Shown here one piece after another: positions 51,801 to 60,847 of a stretch of DNA of 64,000 nucleotides. The translations under genes were made by a program, and so were the position numbers. The stretch spans positions 96,001 through 160,000 of the forward strand of contig CALSSJ010000022.1 of the NCBI GenBank assembly GCA_943788985.1, in the 5' to 3' direction. Each line of letters begins with the position of its first letter. Positions within the stretch are counted from its first letter, which is position 1. The notes under the pieces were generated by a model. It searched no databases. It had not been told where the DNA came from and saw only the letters and a list, made by a program, of their open reading frames with translations. This stretch comes from an uncultured Lentisphaerales bacterium (GTDB taxonomy: Bacteria; Verrucomicrobiota; Lentisphaeria; JABSQK01; UBA12247).

Positions 51801-52440
51801 CGTTGTGATAGCGGTCGCTCCCGACGATACCGTTCTCAAAGAGCCTGCAGCCTTCCACCAAGACGTCATACGTGTTGTGCGAGGTAAATAAGCCATTGCC
51901 GCAGTCGCGGATCGTGCAATTGCGAATGGTCAGGTAGGTCCCGGCCTCTACGTAGATCCCGGCGGTGCGCTCGTGGTAGGCCTCGGTGTTGCCGGCCGTG
52001 TTCGTAAACGTGTACGGCGCGCGGGCACTGCGAATCTCGAGATTCTCGATCACGATGTAGCTGGGTGTCTGGCCATGCAAGGGGACCAAGGCTTCGCCGA
52101 TCCGAATGGGCGCGCGATACTGATTCCAATAATCCAGCTGCGGGCGCGATACGGCATTCTCGCCCGTGATCACCGGCAGGTTGCCAGCTGCGTCTGGGAC
52201 CCCGCGCACGGTTACCGGGGCCGCGACCGTGCCGATCGCTGCGACGTTGAACTTCTCTCGGTACGCAGAGCCGTTATGATGGATCTCGACGACATCGCCA
52301 GCGACTAGATCCTCCCACGGGAAGTCAGTAATTCGCGTGTAATCCTTACCGGGTCCGATCGTGAACAGGCGCGTAGCCTGAGCAGATAGCGCCAGTGAAA
52401 GTAGGCAGAAGAGAAGGGTAGGCAGGGGCGGAGTTCGCAT
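48847..52440 (-). CDS. About 1200-aa secreted protein with a right-handed beta-helix domain, Big_9/Ig-like and lectin-like domains and a C-terminal GWNL module
   Basis: Signal peptide from ATG 52440 (MRTPPLPTLLFCLLSLALSAQA); beta-helix motifs; LRADSPCLDAG...PDLGAF; GLLAND; two GWNL repeats. Confidence 0.82.
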   Translation of the reverse strand: MRTPPLPTLLFCLLSLALSAQATRLFTIGPGKDYTRITDFPWEDLVAGDVVEIHHNGSAYREKFNVAAIGTVAAPVTVRGVPDAAGNLPVITGENAVSRPQLDYWNQYRAPIRIGEALVPLHGQTPSYIVIENLEIRSARAPYTFTNTAGNTEAYHERTAGIYVEAGTYLTIRNCTIRDCGNGLFTSHNTYDVLVEGCRLFENGIVGSDRYHNAYTESHSITYQFNYIGPQRPDCRGNAVKDRSSGTVIRYNWVEGGAKQLDLVDSDYADIYTLASYDRTYVYGNVLIEAESDPGNKIVQYGGDSKVWERYRSGTLYFYHNTVISKRTGAAALFRLDGSSIQCLNNILYAPNGLVMMIGNDSTVTASGNWITSGTIADSAINQFGDFPGWRDFAAHELTLRADSPCLDAGDALPGAIPAAHRVQYEYRALAAANVRDDAGSPDLGAFAFYGVRTSQATDDVYAPIEDTRLYIPPALGLLANDRVDLDYPARPILLQAPAHGSVSLAGDGSFRYLPAANFAGTDSFDYGLVEPPPMLTRFHLSDSDALDTIYNAGDQLHIGLDQRTNQGAGTSLSKADIDGLFSFQTTAATNASLGAAYQGVWLDRSNVQITITDATGAAGIIPGQVHAVILPTASVRSENSASPAADGISPPLAGAFGGEIVQWQNVVNATLSPDQTLSKIAGSALWGSGASSQQQIHGNAVVEMLVDTVAEFKMFGISTEDHDASKTIDWAIMVQPQIQKILLYEGGYERKGTTTPAIVAGDRLRITISANRVSYSHNDALVYESLIEVEAADYPLLVDCSLGLPGTTLPPLFLVSEVPATEPAASEWQPTASDPIANSATVTLNLIGILDPPLVYGFSAGQIAIGGRAFTRSATVPVNIQADDPDSQVLAWLLSNDGASPALDDPRWGSTMPTDLTAPAEGLSEWHLWYQLSGGSIRRSAGMASVHWNSTQSFGTIRVSGVPLLFGTRDDADDGADAYDITSEDLSYLVANSANRAERFLAADFRRTSTQWRIETSRRLHDLTWDLSNLVATGEIHLQPLLYERANGPVIDLRVESAAKAEADAFELVIGHPLNQQLNLNKGWNLVGCAVMNAQSQNGLAFRWRSGEFVREQYWPAEQGIWLYCDAPRSETLTGLVADGRVGLTQGWNLISPAASRPAIEGTWRWDGNRLVPVAAGTAITPGVGYWIFSNSPGEL

Positions 52441-52594
52441 AGCTCGAACCGAACATTCGTGAGGGGCCGGTAGCGTCACTGTATGTCTACTGCATCGATG
52501 CACAATAAACTTTCGTCTGGATGTTGCCGCTATCAGTGGCACAGTGCTGCCCCGGTTGTTCTTACCTACCTTAAGTCCCTGTCGTCCTTCAGCT

Positions 52595-53854
52595 ATGTCA
52601 GAATCCGACTCACCGCCCTGCAAGTATTCGCGAACCGTGACTGGTCTCGTCGGTGCATTTGTGGCCGTGAATCTGCTATTTGGTTTGTTCGTCTTTGCTG
52701 ACCCTCGTGTGGAGCAAGACGCCGAGGGCTACCGGGCCATGCGCCAGTTTGCCTCTGTGCTCAAGATCATTCGCAAGAATTACGTGGACGAGTCCAAGCT
52801 GGAGTATGAGACGCTCATGCAGGCAGCTATGGACGGGATGCTGCGCTCGCTCGATACCTACAGCAATTTCGTCCCGGTGCAGGATTATCAGAAGCTCCAG
52901 GAAGAGACTGACGGCGAGTTCGGCGGGATCGGGATCATTGTCTCGGCGACCGCTGGCTTGGTCGTTCTGGAACCAGTGCCCGGCACGCCGGGGGCCGCCG
53001 CCGGCATTCTGCCCGGTGATCGCATTACGAAGGTGAATGACCACGATGCCTCTGAGATGTCCTTGGAGGACGCTGTGATGCACATCAAGGGCCCACCTGG
53101 TACAAGCGTGCGCCTGACGCTTTATCGAGCCTCCTCCGACGAAACGCTGGTCAAAGACGTGGCACGCGCCGTCATTGAGATTCCTTCGGTGCGGGATAGC
53201 CACCAGCATTCGGACGGAATCCTCTCCGTCAGGATTACGTTGTTCAGCGAAAGGACAGCAGCGGAGTTGATCAAAGCCATTGATGAGCAACCCACGCCGG
53301 TGAGCGGGCTGATTCTGGATGTGCGGAACAATCCGGGCGGTCTGCTGGGTTCTGCAGTTAGCGTCTGTTCGCTCTTTCTCCCCACCGACGAACTGATCGT
53401 CTTCACCGAAGGTCGCCCGCGCACACCGCGCGAAGACCACCTGGCCGAAGGGGGTAGGAAGTATCTCAATTTTCCGATCGTGGTAATCGTTAACGAAAAC
53501 TCAGCCAGCGCTGCCGAGATCCTGGCGGGTTGTCTGCGCGACCACGACCGCGCGCGATTGGTGGGCGAGACCTCCTACGGCAAGGGATCCGTCCAGACTG
53601 TATTTCAGCAACAAGACGGGAGTGCTGTCCGGCTCACCACGGCCAAGTATTACACGCCCAGCAAACGCGTCATTCAGGGGCACGGGATCGAACCCGACTT
53701 TATCGTGGACATCAGTGAGGAAGACTCGGTACAGGTGCACGAGCAACGTCTGAATCGCGCAATTTCCGCAGACGAGAAGATCGCAGACCTGCAGCTGATC
53801 AAGGCGCTCGAAGTGACCCGCCAGCGCGTCGCGGCAAACACCGAGAGCGAGTAG
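52595..53854 (+). CDS. ctpA: C-terminal processing protease, S41A family with PDZ domain
   Basis: GEFGGIGI, DVRNNPGG, SASAAEI, GKGSVQ, GIEPD. Confidence 0.93.
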   Translation: MSESDSPPCKYSRTVTGLVGAFVAVNLLFGLFVFADPRVEQDAEGYRAMRQFASVLKIIRKNYVDESKLEYETLMQAAMDGMLRSLDTYSNFVPVQDYQKLQEETDGEFGGIGIIVSATAGLVVLEPVPGTPGAAAGILPGDRITKVNDHDASEMSLEDAVMHIKGPPGTSVRLTLYRASSDETLVKDVARAVIEIPSVRDSHQHSDGILSVRITLFSERTAAELIKAIDEQPTPVSGLILDVRNNPGGLLGSAVSVCSLFLPTDELIVFTEGRPRTPREDHLAEGGRKYLNFPIVVIVNENSASAAEILAGCLRDHDRARLVGETSYGKGSVQTVFQQQDGSAVRLTTAKYYTPSKRVIQGHGIEPDFIVDISEEDSVQVHEQRLNRAISADEKIADLQLIKALEVTRQRVAANTESE

Positions 53855-53865
53855 CCCGGCCGCTT

Positions 53866-55866
53866 ATGGAGTTAGTCGTTGAAAACCTGCAGACACACTT
53901 CCGGCTGCCGGGAAGCCGGCTTGCCCGCGCCGTGGATGGCATCAGCTTCACCGTAAAGGCTGGTCAGACCGTAGCGCTGGTTGGTGAGTCCGGCTCTGGG
54001 AAGTCTCAGACCGCCTACTCCATCATGCGGCTCATGCCCGAAAACGCCGTTCATGGGCCGCAGTCGCGTATCCTCTTGGACGGCAGGAACTTGCTTGTGA
54101 ACTCCGCAACCGAGATGCGCCAGATCCGCGGGAATACGATCGCGATGATCTTTCAGGAACCGATGACCAGTCTCAATCCACTCTATCGAATTGGGAATCA
54201 GCTGGGCGAGCCGCTCCAGTTGCACCAGGGCATGGACGGCGAGCAGGCGAGGGCACGTGGTATTGAGCTGCTGGATGAGGTCGGTCTGCCAGATCCGGAG
54301 ACCCGTATCGATGCCTTCCCGCACGAGCTCTCCGGCGGCATGAAACAACGCGTGATGATTGCCATGGCGCTTGCCTGTCGTCCCCAGTTGCTCATCGCCG
54401 ATGAGCCCACCACGGCGCTGGACGTCACCGTGCAGGCGCAGATCTTGGCGTTGATGAAAGACTTGCAGCGCAAGCACAATATGGCGATCCTATTGATCAC
54501 GCACGATCTTGGCGTGGTCTATCAGATGGCTGACGAGGTATGCGTCATGTACGGTGGGCGCATTGCCGAGCGCGGGCCGCGCGATGCAGTTTTTGAACAC
54601 ATGGCTCATCCCTATACCCAGAAGCTGTTTGCCAGCATCCCCGCTCGCGGTCGGATAGACCGGCGGTTGCATACCATCCCCGGGCGGGTGCCTCCGGCCA
54701 CGGACTACGGCTCCGGCTGCCGCTTCGCGCCTCGCTGCCCGATTGCGCTCGCAACCTGTACCGCGGAGACCCCAGAGCCACAGGCTATGACGGCCGGTCA
54801 CGAGGTCGCCTGCCATCGTCTCCAGGATCCGGTTGCCAAGAACGTAATCGCTGCCGAGACCGAGTCTCGTCCCACCCGACCGCTCGGCGAGAATTTGCTG
54901 CAAGTCAGCGGGCTCAAAACTTGGTTTCCAGTCAAGCACGGGCTGTTGATGCGCACAGTGAACCACGTGCGGGCCGTGGATGACCTTGACCTGACAATTC
55001 GCAATGGCGAGACAGTCGCTCTCGTCGGTGAGTCAGGCTGCGGAAAGACTACCGTTGGGCAGAGTATTCTGCGGCTGGTCCGCGAAGCCCGGGGTACCAT
55101 TGTCTTTGACAACCAGAACATTCTCGATCTGGATCACGGGGCAATGACGGACCTGCGGCGTCGCATGCAGATTGTGTTTCAGGATCCCTTCTCATCCCTC
55201 TCCCCCCGCATGCGCGTGGCCCAGATCGTGGGCGAGGGACTCCAAGTGCATCGCAGCTTGAGTTCGGGTGACGTTCAGAAGCGCGTGGCCGACGCGCTCG
55301 CGGAAGTGGGCCTGTCTGCGGACATCGCAGACCGCTACCCGCACGAGTTCTCGGGGGGGCAGCGCCAGCGTATCAGTATCGCGCGCGCCATCATTCTTGA
55401 GCCAGACTTTCTGGTTCTGGACGAGCCGACAAGTGCTCTGGACGTCTCCGTGCAGGCGCAGATCCTCAATCTGCTCGAGGAAATCCAATCGCGCCGCGGC
55501 CTGGCCTACCTGTTTATCACGCATGATCTTGGAGTTGTGCGCTATATCGCTGACCGTGTCGCGGTGATGTATCTCGGACGTATTGTCGAGCACGGGACCA
55601 CTGCGGAGCTATTCGCTTCCCCGCAACACCCGTACACCCGGGCGCTGATCGACGCCGTGCCACAGATTGGTGCTGAGCTATCGCCAGTGATCAGCAGCGG
55701 CGATGTCCCGTCGCCCTTGGCACCACCCCCTGGCTGTCCGTTTCACCCTCGTTGCCCGCTGGCTTCAGAGCGCTGCCACGTAGAGCGGCCGAGCTTGCAC
55801 CGCCAAGCCGGGACCACGGTGGCCTGTCATCATCCGTTGACCGCGCCAGATTTGGCCGCCACCTGA
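53866..55866 (+). CDS. Fused dual-ATPase subunit of a peptide/nickel ABC transporter (OppD-OppF)
   Basis: Two GESGxGK motifs, LSGGM and FSGGQ signatures, two DEPT motifs, two HPY motifs and Cys-rich tails. Confidence 0.93.
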   Translation: MELVVENLQTHFRLPGSRLARAVDGISFTVKAGQTVALVGESGSGKSQTAYSIMRLMPENAVHGPQSRILLDGRNLLVNSATEMRQIRGNTIAMIFQEPMTSLNPLYRIGNQLGEPLQLHQGMDGEQARARGIELLDEVGLPDPETRIDAFPHELSGGMKQRVMIAMALACRPQLLIADEPTTALDVTVQAQILALMKDLQRKHNMAILLITHDLGVVYQMADEVCVMYGGRIAERGPRDAVFEHMAHPYTQKLFASIPARGRIDRRLHTIPGRVPPATDYGSGCRFAPRCPIALATCTAETPEPQAMTAGHEVACHRLQDPVAKNVIAAETESRPTRPLGENLLQVSGLKTWFPVKHGLLMRTVNHVRAVDDLDLTIRNGETVALVGESGCGKTTVGQSILRLVREARGTIVFDNQNILDLDHGAMTDLRRRMQIVFQDPFSSLSPRMRVAQIVGEGLQVHRSLSSGDVQKRVADALAEVGLSADIADRYPHEFSGGQRQRISIARAIILEPDFLVLDEPTSALDVSVQAQILNLLEEIQSRRGLAYLFITHDLGVVRYIADRVAVMYLGRIVEHGTTAELFASPQHPYTRALIDAVPQIGAELSPVISSGDVPSPLAPPPGCPFHPRCPLASERCHVERPSLHRQAGTTVACHHPLTAPDLAAT

Positions 55867-56084
55867 CAATAGCACGGGCTCGCCGAACTGCGTCGCAGCC
55901 TGGTAGTAGGCTGCGTGTCAGAAAATGCCCCAATGAATAAATTCCCGCTTGCACTTGATTTGAGCAGTAAATTTCGTTAAATTCTTCTGACTCGCGGATT
56001 TACTCTGGACATTTTTTGGGTTTCTGGTATCTTTCGCGGCTTTTCATTGCAGGATTTATCTAGAAACGAGTAAGGAGTACTACC

Positions 56085-56375
56085 ATGCCAATGTACAGTC
56101 GAGATTACGTGCGGGGCCTGCTTGAAGTAGTCAACGAATCCGCAGTCGATTTATGGGAAGACGACTACCAGCAAGAGCGCCGTGAGGCCGAAGCAGAGCT
56201 ACGTGCTCGCGAGCATGCAGCTGAAGCAGCAGCGCAGGCTTTGTTGTTGAGCATGCGGGAAGCAGACGCGCTAATGGCTCCTGTCGTCGACGAACCCGAA
56301 GAGAACCGTGACGCCAAGGAGGTAGGAGGCGGAGAGCTCAAAGAAGAGACCTGCGTCGCCGAATACGGGGCCTGA
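56085..56375 (+). CDS. Small acidic helical protein of unknown function
   Basis: TAAGGAG RBS, an upstream promoter-like sequence and a downstream terminator; Glu/Ala-rich. Confidence 0.7.
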   Translation: MPMYSRDYVRGLLEVVNESAVDLWEDDYQQERREAEAELRAREHAAEAAAQALLLSMREADALMAPVVDEPEENRDAKEVGGGELKEETCVAEYGA

Positions 56376-56404
56376 TTCTCGAGCTTACTGCGAACTCCGC
56401 ATGG

Positions 56405-56440
56405 AAAAAGCGCATTGCTGAAAGGCAATGCGCTTTTTTT
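56405..56440. terminator. Bidirectional intrinsic terminator
   Basis: AAAAAGCGCATTGC-TGAAAG-GCAATGCGCTTTTTTT between convergent genes. Confidence 0.9.
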
Positions 56441-56526
56441 ATGGCCAAAATTAGCCCACCCCTCGAAGGGTTTGTACATGGCTGCGCCGTGAAGAGGCAA
56501 GTAAGTCCGACAGACTAGGGGGACGA

Positions 56527-56802
56527 TCAGTTCTCGAATTCGTAGACTTCTTCGCCTACTCGCCGCCAGTTAAACTTTTCACGGGCGATCCGTTCCACAG
56601 TATAGGGATCAGATTCAAGCAGTGCGATTTCGCTCGCCAGATGTTCATGATCCTCTCTGGCTTCCAAGAGCAATGCCTCGGTCTTTCCCAGATCAGCTTT
56701 CGCGCGCAAATATTTTGAATATTCGGGCAGGACCATTGTCAAGCAGACGCATAGAACGCCTACTGAAAGTAGTCTAAATAGTGCTCGGCCGAGATTCGGC
56801 AC
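56527..56802 (-). CDS. ftsB: Septum formation initiator, FtsB/DivIC family
   Basis: TM helix, coiled coil and LESDPYTVERIAREKFNW...GEEVY. Confidence 0.85.
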   Translation of the reverse strand: MPNLGRALFRLLSVGVLCVCLTMVLPEYSKYLRAKADLGKTEALLLEAREDHEHLASEIALLESDPYTVERIAREKFNWRRVGEEVYEFEN

Positions 56803-56829
56803 GGACGGTCCTCGCTCAATTTTGACGAA

Positions 56830-56858
56830 ATTATAGGAAAGGCTCTTGAACCCGGTAA
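56830..56858 (-). promoter_or_regulatory. Candidate sigma70 promoter of ftsB
   Basis: Minus-strand TTACCG-17 bp-TATAAT, 27 bp upstream of the GTG start. Confidence 0.45.
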
Positions 56859-57280
56859 CCTAGCAAGTGGCTGCTGAGGCGCAAGACTTAATCCGAAAAA
56901 TATCAGAAAACTACTTGGGGCCGCCTGTTTTTTGAGCTTGCGATCACGCTGCTGCTCGGAGCGCGCCGCAGCCATGCCGGAACCTCCGGAGCGCGCTGGC
57001 TTGCAGAGGTGGACCGCAATACCCACTGCGCCCTCTGATCATTGGTGGGAGGCTGTTAGGTTTTTATGAAGTCTGTATGTGCGGGATGTCCGCGCATTTA
57101 CGCAGCGGAAGGCTGTGAACAAATGCGTGGACTTCCGCCAGCCATTTTTGAGAAAAATCCAAAAAAATACAAAATGTTTCGTAACCTTCTTATTTAGAAG
57201 AGGTTAGGTTTCTTGGAGTATTGTTGCTAACTTTTGTTAGCCTGTTGATAAGCTGTTGACCAACTGATGAAAACTTTTGC

Positions 57281-58303
57281 CTATGCGACGGTGCAAACAG
57301 ACTGGCAGAAATTAAGAAACAACAAGGTTTCGTCTACGTTAAAGGCGCTGTCCGCGAGCAGTTTCTCTGCCAACCTGAGGTTGCGGCGCGCCTCACTCTG
57401 TGACGGGGCTTCTCCGGGCGTGGATCCATAAACTTCCGGGTTTGGCAGCTTGTTCAGTTCAATTCCCTGCGCTCGCAAGAATTCATTGCCGAACCACGTA
57501 TGAATCGCCGAGAGTAGCTGTGAGCGTTGCGCTAAGTAGTCCGCAGTAGTGGCCGCGAGCAACTCCTCTCCCATGCGTTTGTAGGCCGCCTCCGACAGCA
57601 TTTGCGTCTTGCGTTGTGCTGCTAGTTGCTTAAAGCGCTCCTGTGCCCGTTCCTCAGCAGCTTCCTTCAACTCCCCGGCGATAGCGGAGATCATTCCGGC
57701 AACAATGCCGGACGTGGCTGATCCGCTGCCTTTGCGGAGAGCGCAAATCTGGGAATAGAATGCCTCGATTCCCGGAAAGGAAGGATGAAAGGTATTGCCG
57801 CGGAGAGCGAGGAGCTGGCAGCGAGAGCGGATGGTTGGGAGGAGCTTTGCCGGATTTGCCGTCACTAACAGCAGCATCGTGCCTGGGTGGGGCTCCTCGA
57901 GGGTCTTCAGAAATGCATTCTGCGCGGCCGGCAACATCGCGTCTGCTTCCCAGAGCACGGCAATGCGCAGCGCACCGCCAGTGCGCAGGTTCAGGTGATG
58001 CTCTAACGCTCGAATCTCATCGATTGGGATGGTCCGCATTTTGGACTTTGGCTGCACTTGGTGGAGATACATGTAGGTGCCAGCCAAGAGCCGATTACAG
58101 GAGGTGCAGGTACCGCAGGGCTCCGCTTGGGCGTCAGGTGACTCGCAGAGGCAGCTTGCGATCCACGAATCGGTAAATCCCTTCAGCGTCTCTTCATCAT
58201 CGCCTGAGATAAGATAGGCGTGAGCGATCCGTCCGGAATTGCGGCTGTAAGCCAACCGCTCAATGAGAACGGGGAATCGCTCAGAGAACTGTGCTAAGGG
58301 CAT
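57281..58303 (-). CDS. holB: DNA polymerase III delta-prime subunit
   Basis: AHAYLISG, zinc module CxCxxxxxxEPCGTCTSC, AQNAFLKTLEEP, LLPTIRSRC; downstream of tmk. Confidence 0.92.
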   Translation of the reverse strand: MPLAQFSERFPVLIERLAYSRNSGRIAHAYLISGDDEETLKGFTDSWIASCLCESPDAQAEPCGTCTSCNRLLAGTYMYLHQVQPKSKMRTIPIDEIRALEHHLNLRTGGALRIAVLWEADAMLPAAQNAFLKTLEEPHPGTMLLLVTANPAKLLPTIRSRCQLLALRGNTFHPSFPGIEAFYSQICALRKGSGSATSGIVAGMISAIAGELKEAAEERAQERFKQLAAQRKTQMLSEAAYKRMGEELLAATTADYLAQRSQLLSAIHTWFGNEFLRAQGIELNKLPNPEVYGSTPGEAPSQSEARRNLRLAEKLLADSAFNVDETLLFLNFCQSVCTVA

Positions 58304-58943
58304 CGGTCACGCTGCTCATAATCTGGGTGTGGATTTCGTCAATACGCTGCGTGGCATCGAGCACGCGGAAGCGGTGGCGATTCTCGGCCGCCACGCGGAG
58401 AAACCCTTCTCGGACGCGGCGATGAAACTGGACCGACTCGTCTTCGATCCGGTCTTCCACAAAGAGTGTCTCTAGGCGCATCTGGCCGCGACGGGAACCG
58501 GCGGCCTGGTCCAGGTCCAATAAGAACGTGAGGTCAGGCCAGCGCTCGCCTACCACGGCATTATTTAGCGCGTGGATGAGCGTCAGGTCCAGCCCGCGGG
58601 CATACCCTTGGTAAGCCACGCTTGAGTCAGCGAAACGGTCGCAGATGACGATATCACCTGCTGCCAAAGATGGCTGGATGACCTTGCGCACCAACTGGGC
58701 GCGGCTGGCTTCGAAAATGAGCAATTCGGCTTCGTCGCAAACGGCATCTGGCCCGCAGACGTGCTTTACTATGCCGCGCAGTTGCTCACCCACCACGGTG
58801 CCACCGGGCTCACGAACTTGCTGCACGCGAAACTCTTCACTCTGCAACGCCCGAGCAAGAAGGCGCCCCTGCGTGGACTTACCCGCGCATTCCGGCCCCT
58901 CCAACGTAATGAATAATCCCCCGGGAACCTCTTTGGCCATCAT
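58281..58943 (-). CDS. tmk: Thymidylate kinase
   Basis: FITLEGPECAGKSTQ, REPGGT, CDRFADSSVAYQG, PDLTFLLD. Confidence 0.97.
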   Translation of the reverse strand: MMAKEVPGGLFITLEGPECAGKSTQGRLLARALQSEEFRVQQVREPGGTVVGEQLRGIVKHVCGPDAVCDEAELLIFEASRAQLVRKVIQPSLAAGDIVICDRFADSSVAYQGYARGLDLTLIHALNNAVVGERWPDLTFLLDLDQAAGSRRGQMRLETLFVEDRIEDESVQFHRRVREGFLRVAAENRHRFRVLDATQRIDEIHTQIMSSVTDALSTVL

Positions 58944-59091
58944 TTTTCCCTGATCTGTGGTGCGATCGCATACTATACGCTTTCGTCCATCGGCTGCCAC
59001 GATTACACGGGCACCCAATGTGATACATGACACTAGCGGGTTTGCAGCTATGGTACCGTCTTCCTTTTATTCAAGGTGGATACTCGTTGCT

Positions 59092-59997
59092 ATGTCGCTG
59101 TTGCTACAGACCCTCAATCTGAAGAAATCTCTTGGCGGGAGAGTTGTCGTCGATGACGTCTCTCTGCAGGTAGAATCAGGACAGGTGCTGGGCCTGCTCG
59201 GCCCCAACGGGGCCGGTAAGACGACGACGATGCGGATGATCTACGGGTTTCTTAGACCGGATGCAGGTTCGATCATCATAAACGGCGTGGGGTTCGACGC
59301 AGATGTAGCCGCTGCCAAGCGCAGTATGGGGGTGTGCACGCAGAGCGACACCTTCGATACAGATTTTACCGTGCGCGACAATCTTTACGTTGCGGCATCT
59401 TATTTCAGACCCCAAGTTCCGGATCTCAACGAGCACATCGCTGGCCTACTGCAGCGCTTCGGGCTTGCGGAGTTCGCAGACCAAAAGCCGGATACGCTTT
59501 CGGGTGGCTACTGCAGACGGCTGATGGTGGCCCGGGCGCTTGTAAACCGACCCAAACTCCTGTTTCTGGATGAGCCCACGACCGGGCTTGATCCGCAGGC
59601 TCGGAGAGCTCTGTGGCGCTTAATTCGCAGCTTGCGTGAAGAGGGGCTGGGAATCGTGCTGACGACGCACTACATGGACGAAGCACAGTTCCTGTCGGAT
59701 CAGTTGGTGGTTCTGGATGAGGGGAAGGTGCTGGCGCACGATACGCCTGAGCAAATTCTGGGCGAGTTCGTGGGCGAGCATGTGATCGTCCTATCTCAAC
59801 CTCTTGCTGATTCGGTCACTGAATGGCTGCGGAGTGCAGAGATTGTCGGGCATGAAGGCGTTCCCGGCGAGCTCCACGTTCCTGTGGGCTCAGCCCAGTT
59901 GAGTGGCTTCGCCGCCAGCTTTGAGACTCTGGACTACGATGTCCGGAAACCCAACCTGGATGACCTTTTTGAGCGCTTAAGCGGGGGGGCACAATGA
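59092..59997 (+). CDS. ABC-2 exporter ATP-binding subunit, NodI-like
   Basis: GPNGAGKTT, LSGG, LDEPTTGLDPQAR, TTHYMDEA. Confidence 0.9.
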   Translation: MSLLLQTLNLKKSLGGRVVVDDVSLQVESGQVLGLLGPNGAGKTTTMRMIYGFLRPDAGSIIINGVGFDADVAAAKRSMGVCTQSDTFDTDFTVRDNLYVAASYFRPQVPDLNEHIAGLLQRFGLAEFADQKPDTLSGGYCRRLMVARALVNRPKLLFLDEPTTGLDPQARRALWRLIRSLREEGLGIVLTTHYMDEAQFLSDQLVVLDEGKVLAHDTPEQILGEFVGEHVIVLSQPLADSVTEWLRSAEIVGHEGVPGELHVPVGSAQLSGFAASFETLDYDVRKPNLDDLFERLSGGAQ

Positions 59998-60824
59998 ATA
60001 AGCTCAGATTCTACGGGGCCATTCTGGATTGGCAGAGCCGGGCTGTATGGGGCCGGCATATGAAGGTGTATCGCCGAAATTGGTATACCGCCTTCCTGCC
60101 GCCCGCAGCGGAGCCTGTCCTTTTACTGCTGGCATTTGGCCTTGGCCTTGGTGCCCACGTAGGGGGCATTAGCTTTGGCGGTCGTGAGGTGAAATACGCC
60201 AGCTACATCGCGCCCGGAATCATCGCCTACACCATCTTTCTCACAGCGTTCTTCCAGACGCTGTACGGCGCCTTTATCCGCATGCATTACCAGCGCACGT
60301 GGGAAGGCCAGCTTACCACGCAGGTCGAGTTGCCGCATGTCATCTGGGGGGAGATCATCTGGGCTACAGTTCTGGCCGCGGTGTATGCCTCGATTGTCGC
60401 TGTAGTCATTATTCTGTTCAACTTCACGCCACTCATAGACATCTCTGTGTGGGGCCTGATCGCGTCGCTCCCTTTCTGCTTTCTTTTCGGTGTTGGCTTT
60501 GCTGCGGCGGGCCTGGCATTTACAGCCTGGATGCCAAGCATTGATCATATGAACTTGCCGGTGTTTCTGATCGGCATGCCCATGGCATTTACCAGCAACA
60601 CGTACTTCCCGATTCCACAGGGGAATCCGTGGTTGGATCTCCTGGTCCAATTGAATCCCGTGTTTCACATGTCCGAGCTAACCCGTGGCCTGATGCTGAA
60701 CGGAGAGCTTGGCTGGAGCCACCTTATCATTGGTCTAAGCGAGGTGCTGATTATCGTGCTGCTCGCAACCCCGCCGACCTGCCGAAAGCTACGCCGACGC
60801 GTGCTGGGGGACTCGGGTAGCTGA
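59994..60824 (+). CDS. ABC-2 exporter permease, NodJ-like
   Basis: Six TM helices; EPVLLLLAFGLGLG, YIAPG, RMHYQRTWEG. Confidence 0.88.
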   Translation: MNKLRFYGAILDWQSRAVWGRHMKVYRRNWYTAFLPPAAEPVLLLLAFGLGLGAHVGGISFGGREVKYASYIAPGIIAYTIFLTAFFQTLYGAFIRMHYQRTWEGQLTTQVELPHVIWGEIIWATVLAAVYASIVAVVIILFNFTPLIDISVWGLIASLPFCFLFGVGFAAAGLAFTAWMPSIDHMNLPVFLIGMPMAFTSNTYFPIPQGNPWLDLLVQLNPVFHMSELTRGLMLNGELGWSHLIIGLSEVLIIVLLATPPTCRKLRRRVLGDSGS

Positions 60825-60847
60825 TTTTTAAGTGCCCGAGGCGGGGG

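Noticed and set aside
52441..52623. Overlapping 5' extensions of the beta-helix gene and ctpA
   Set aside because: Signal/TM segments indicate starts at 52440 and 52595, leaving a normal divergent intergenic gap.
59092..60824. NodIJ-like pair as evidence of nodulation
   Set aside because: There are no nodABC genes here, and this ABC-2 subfamily is widespread outside rhizobia.
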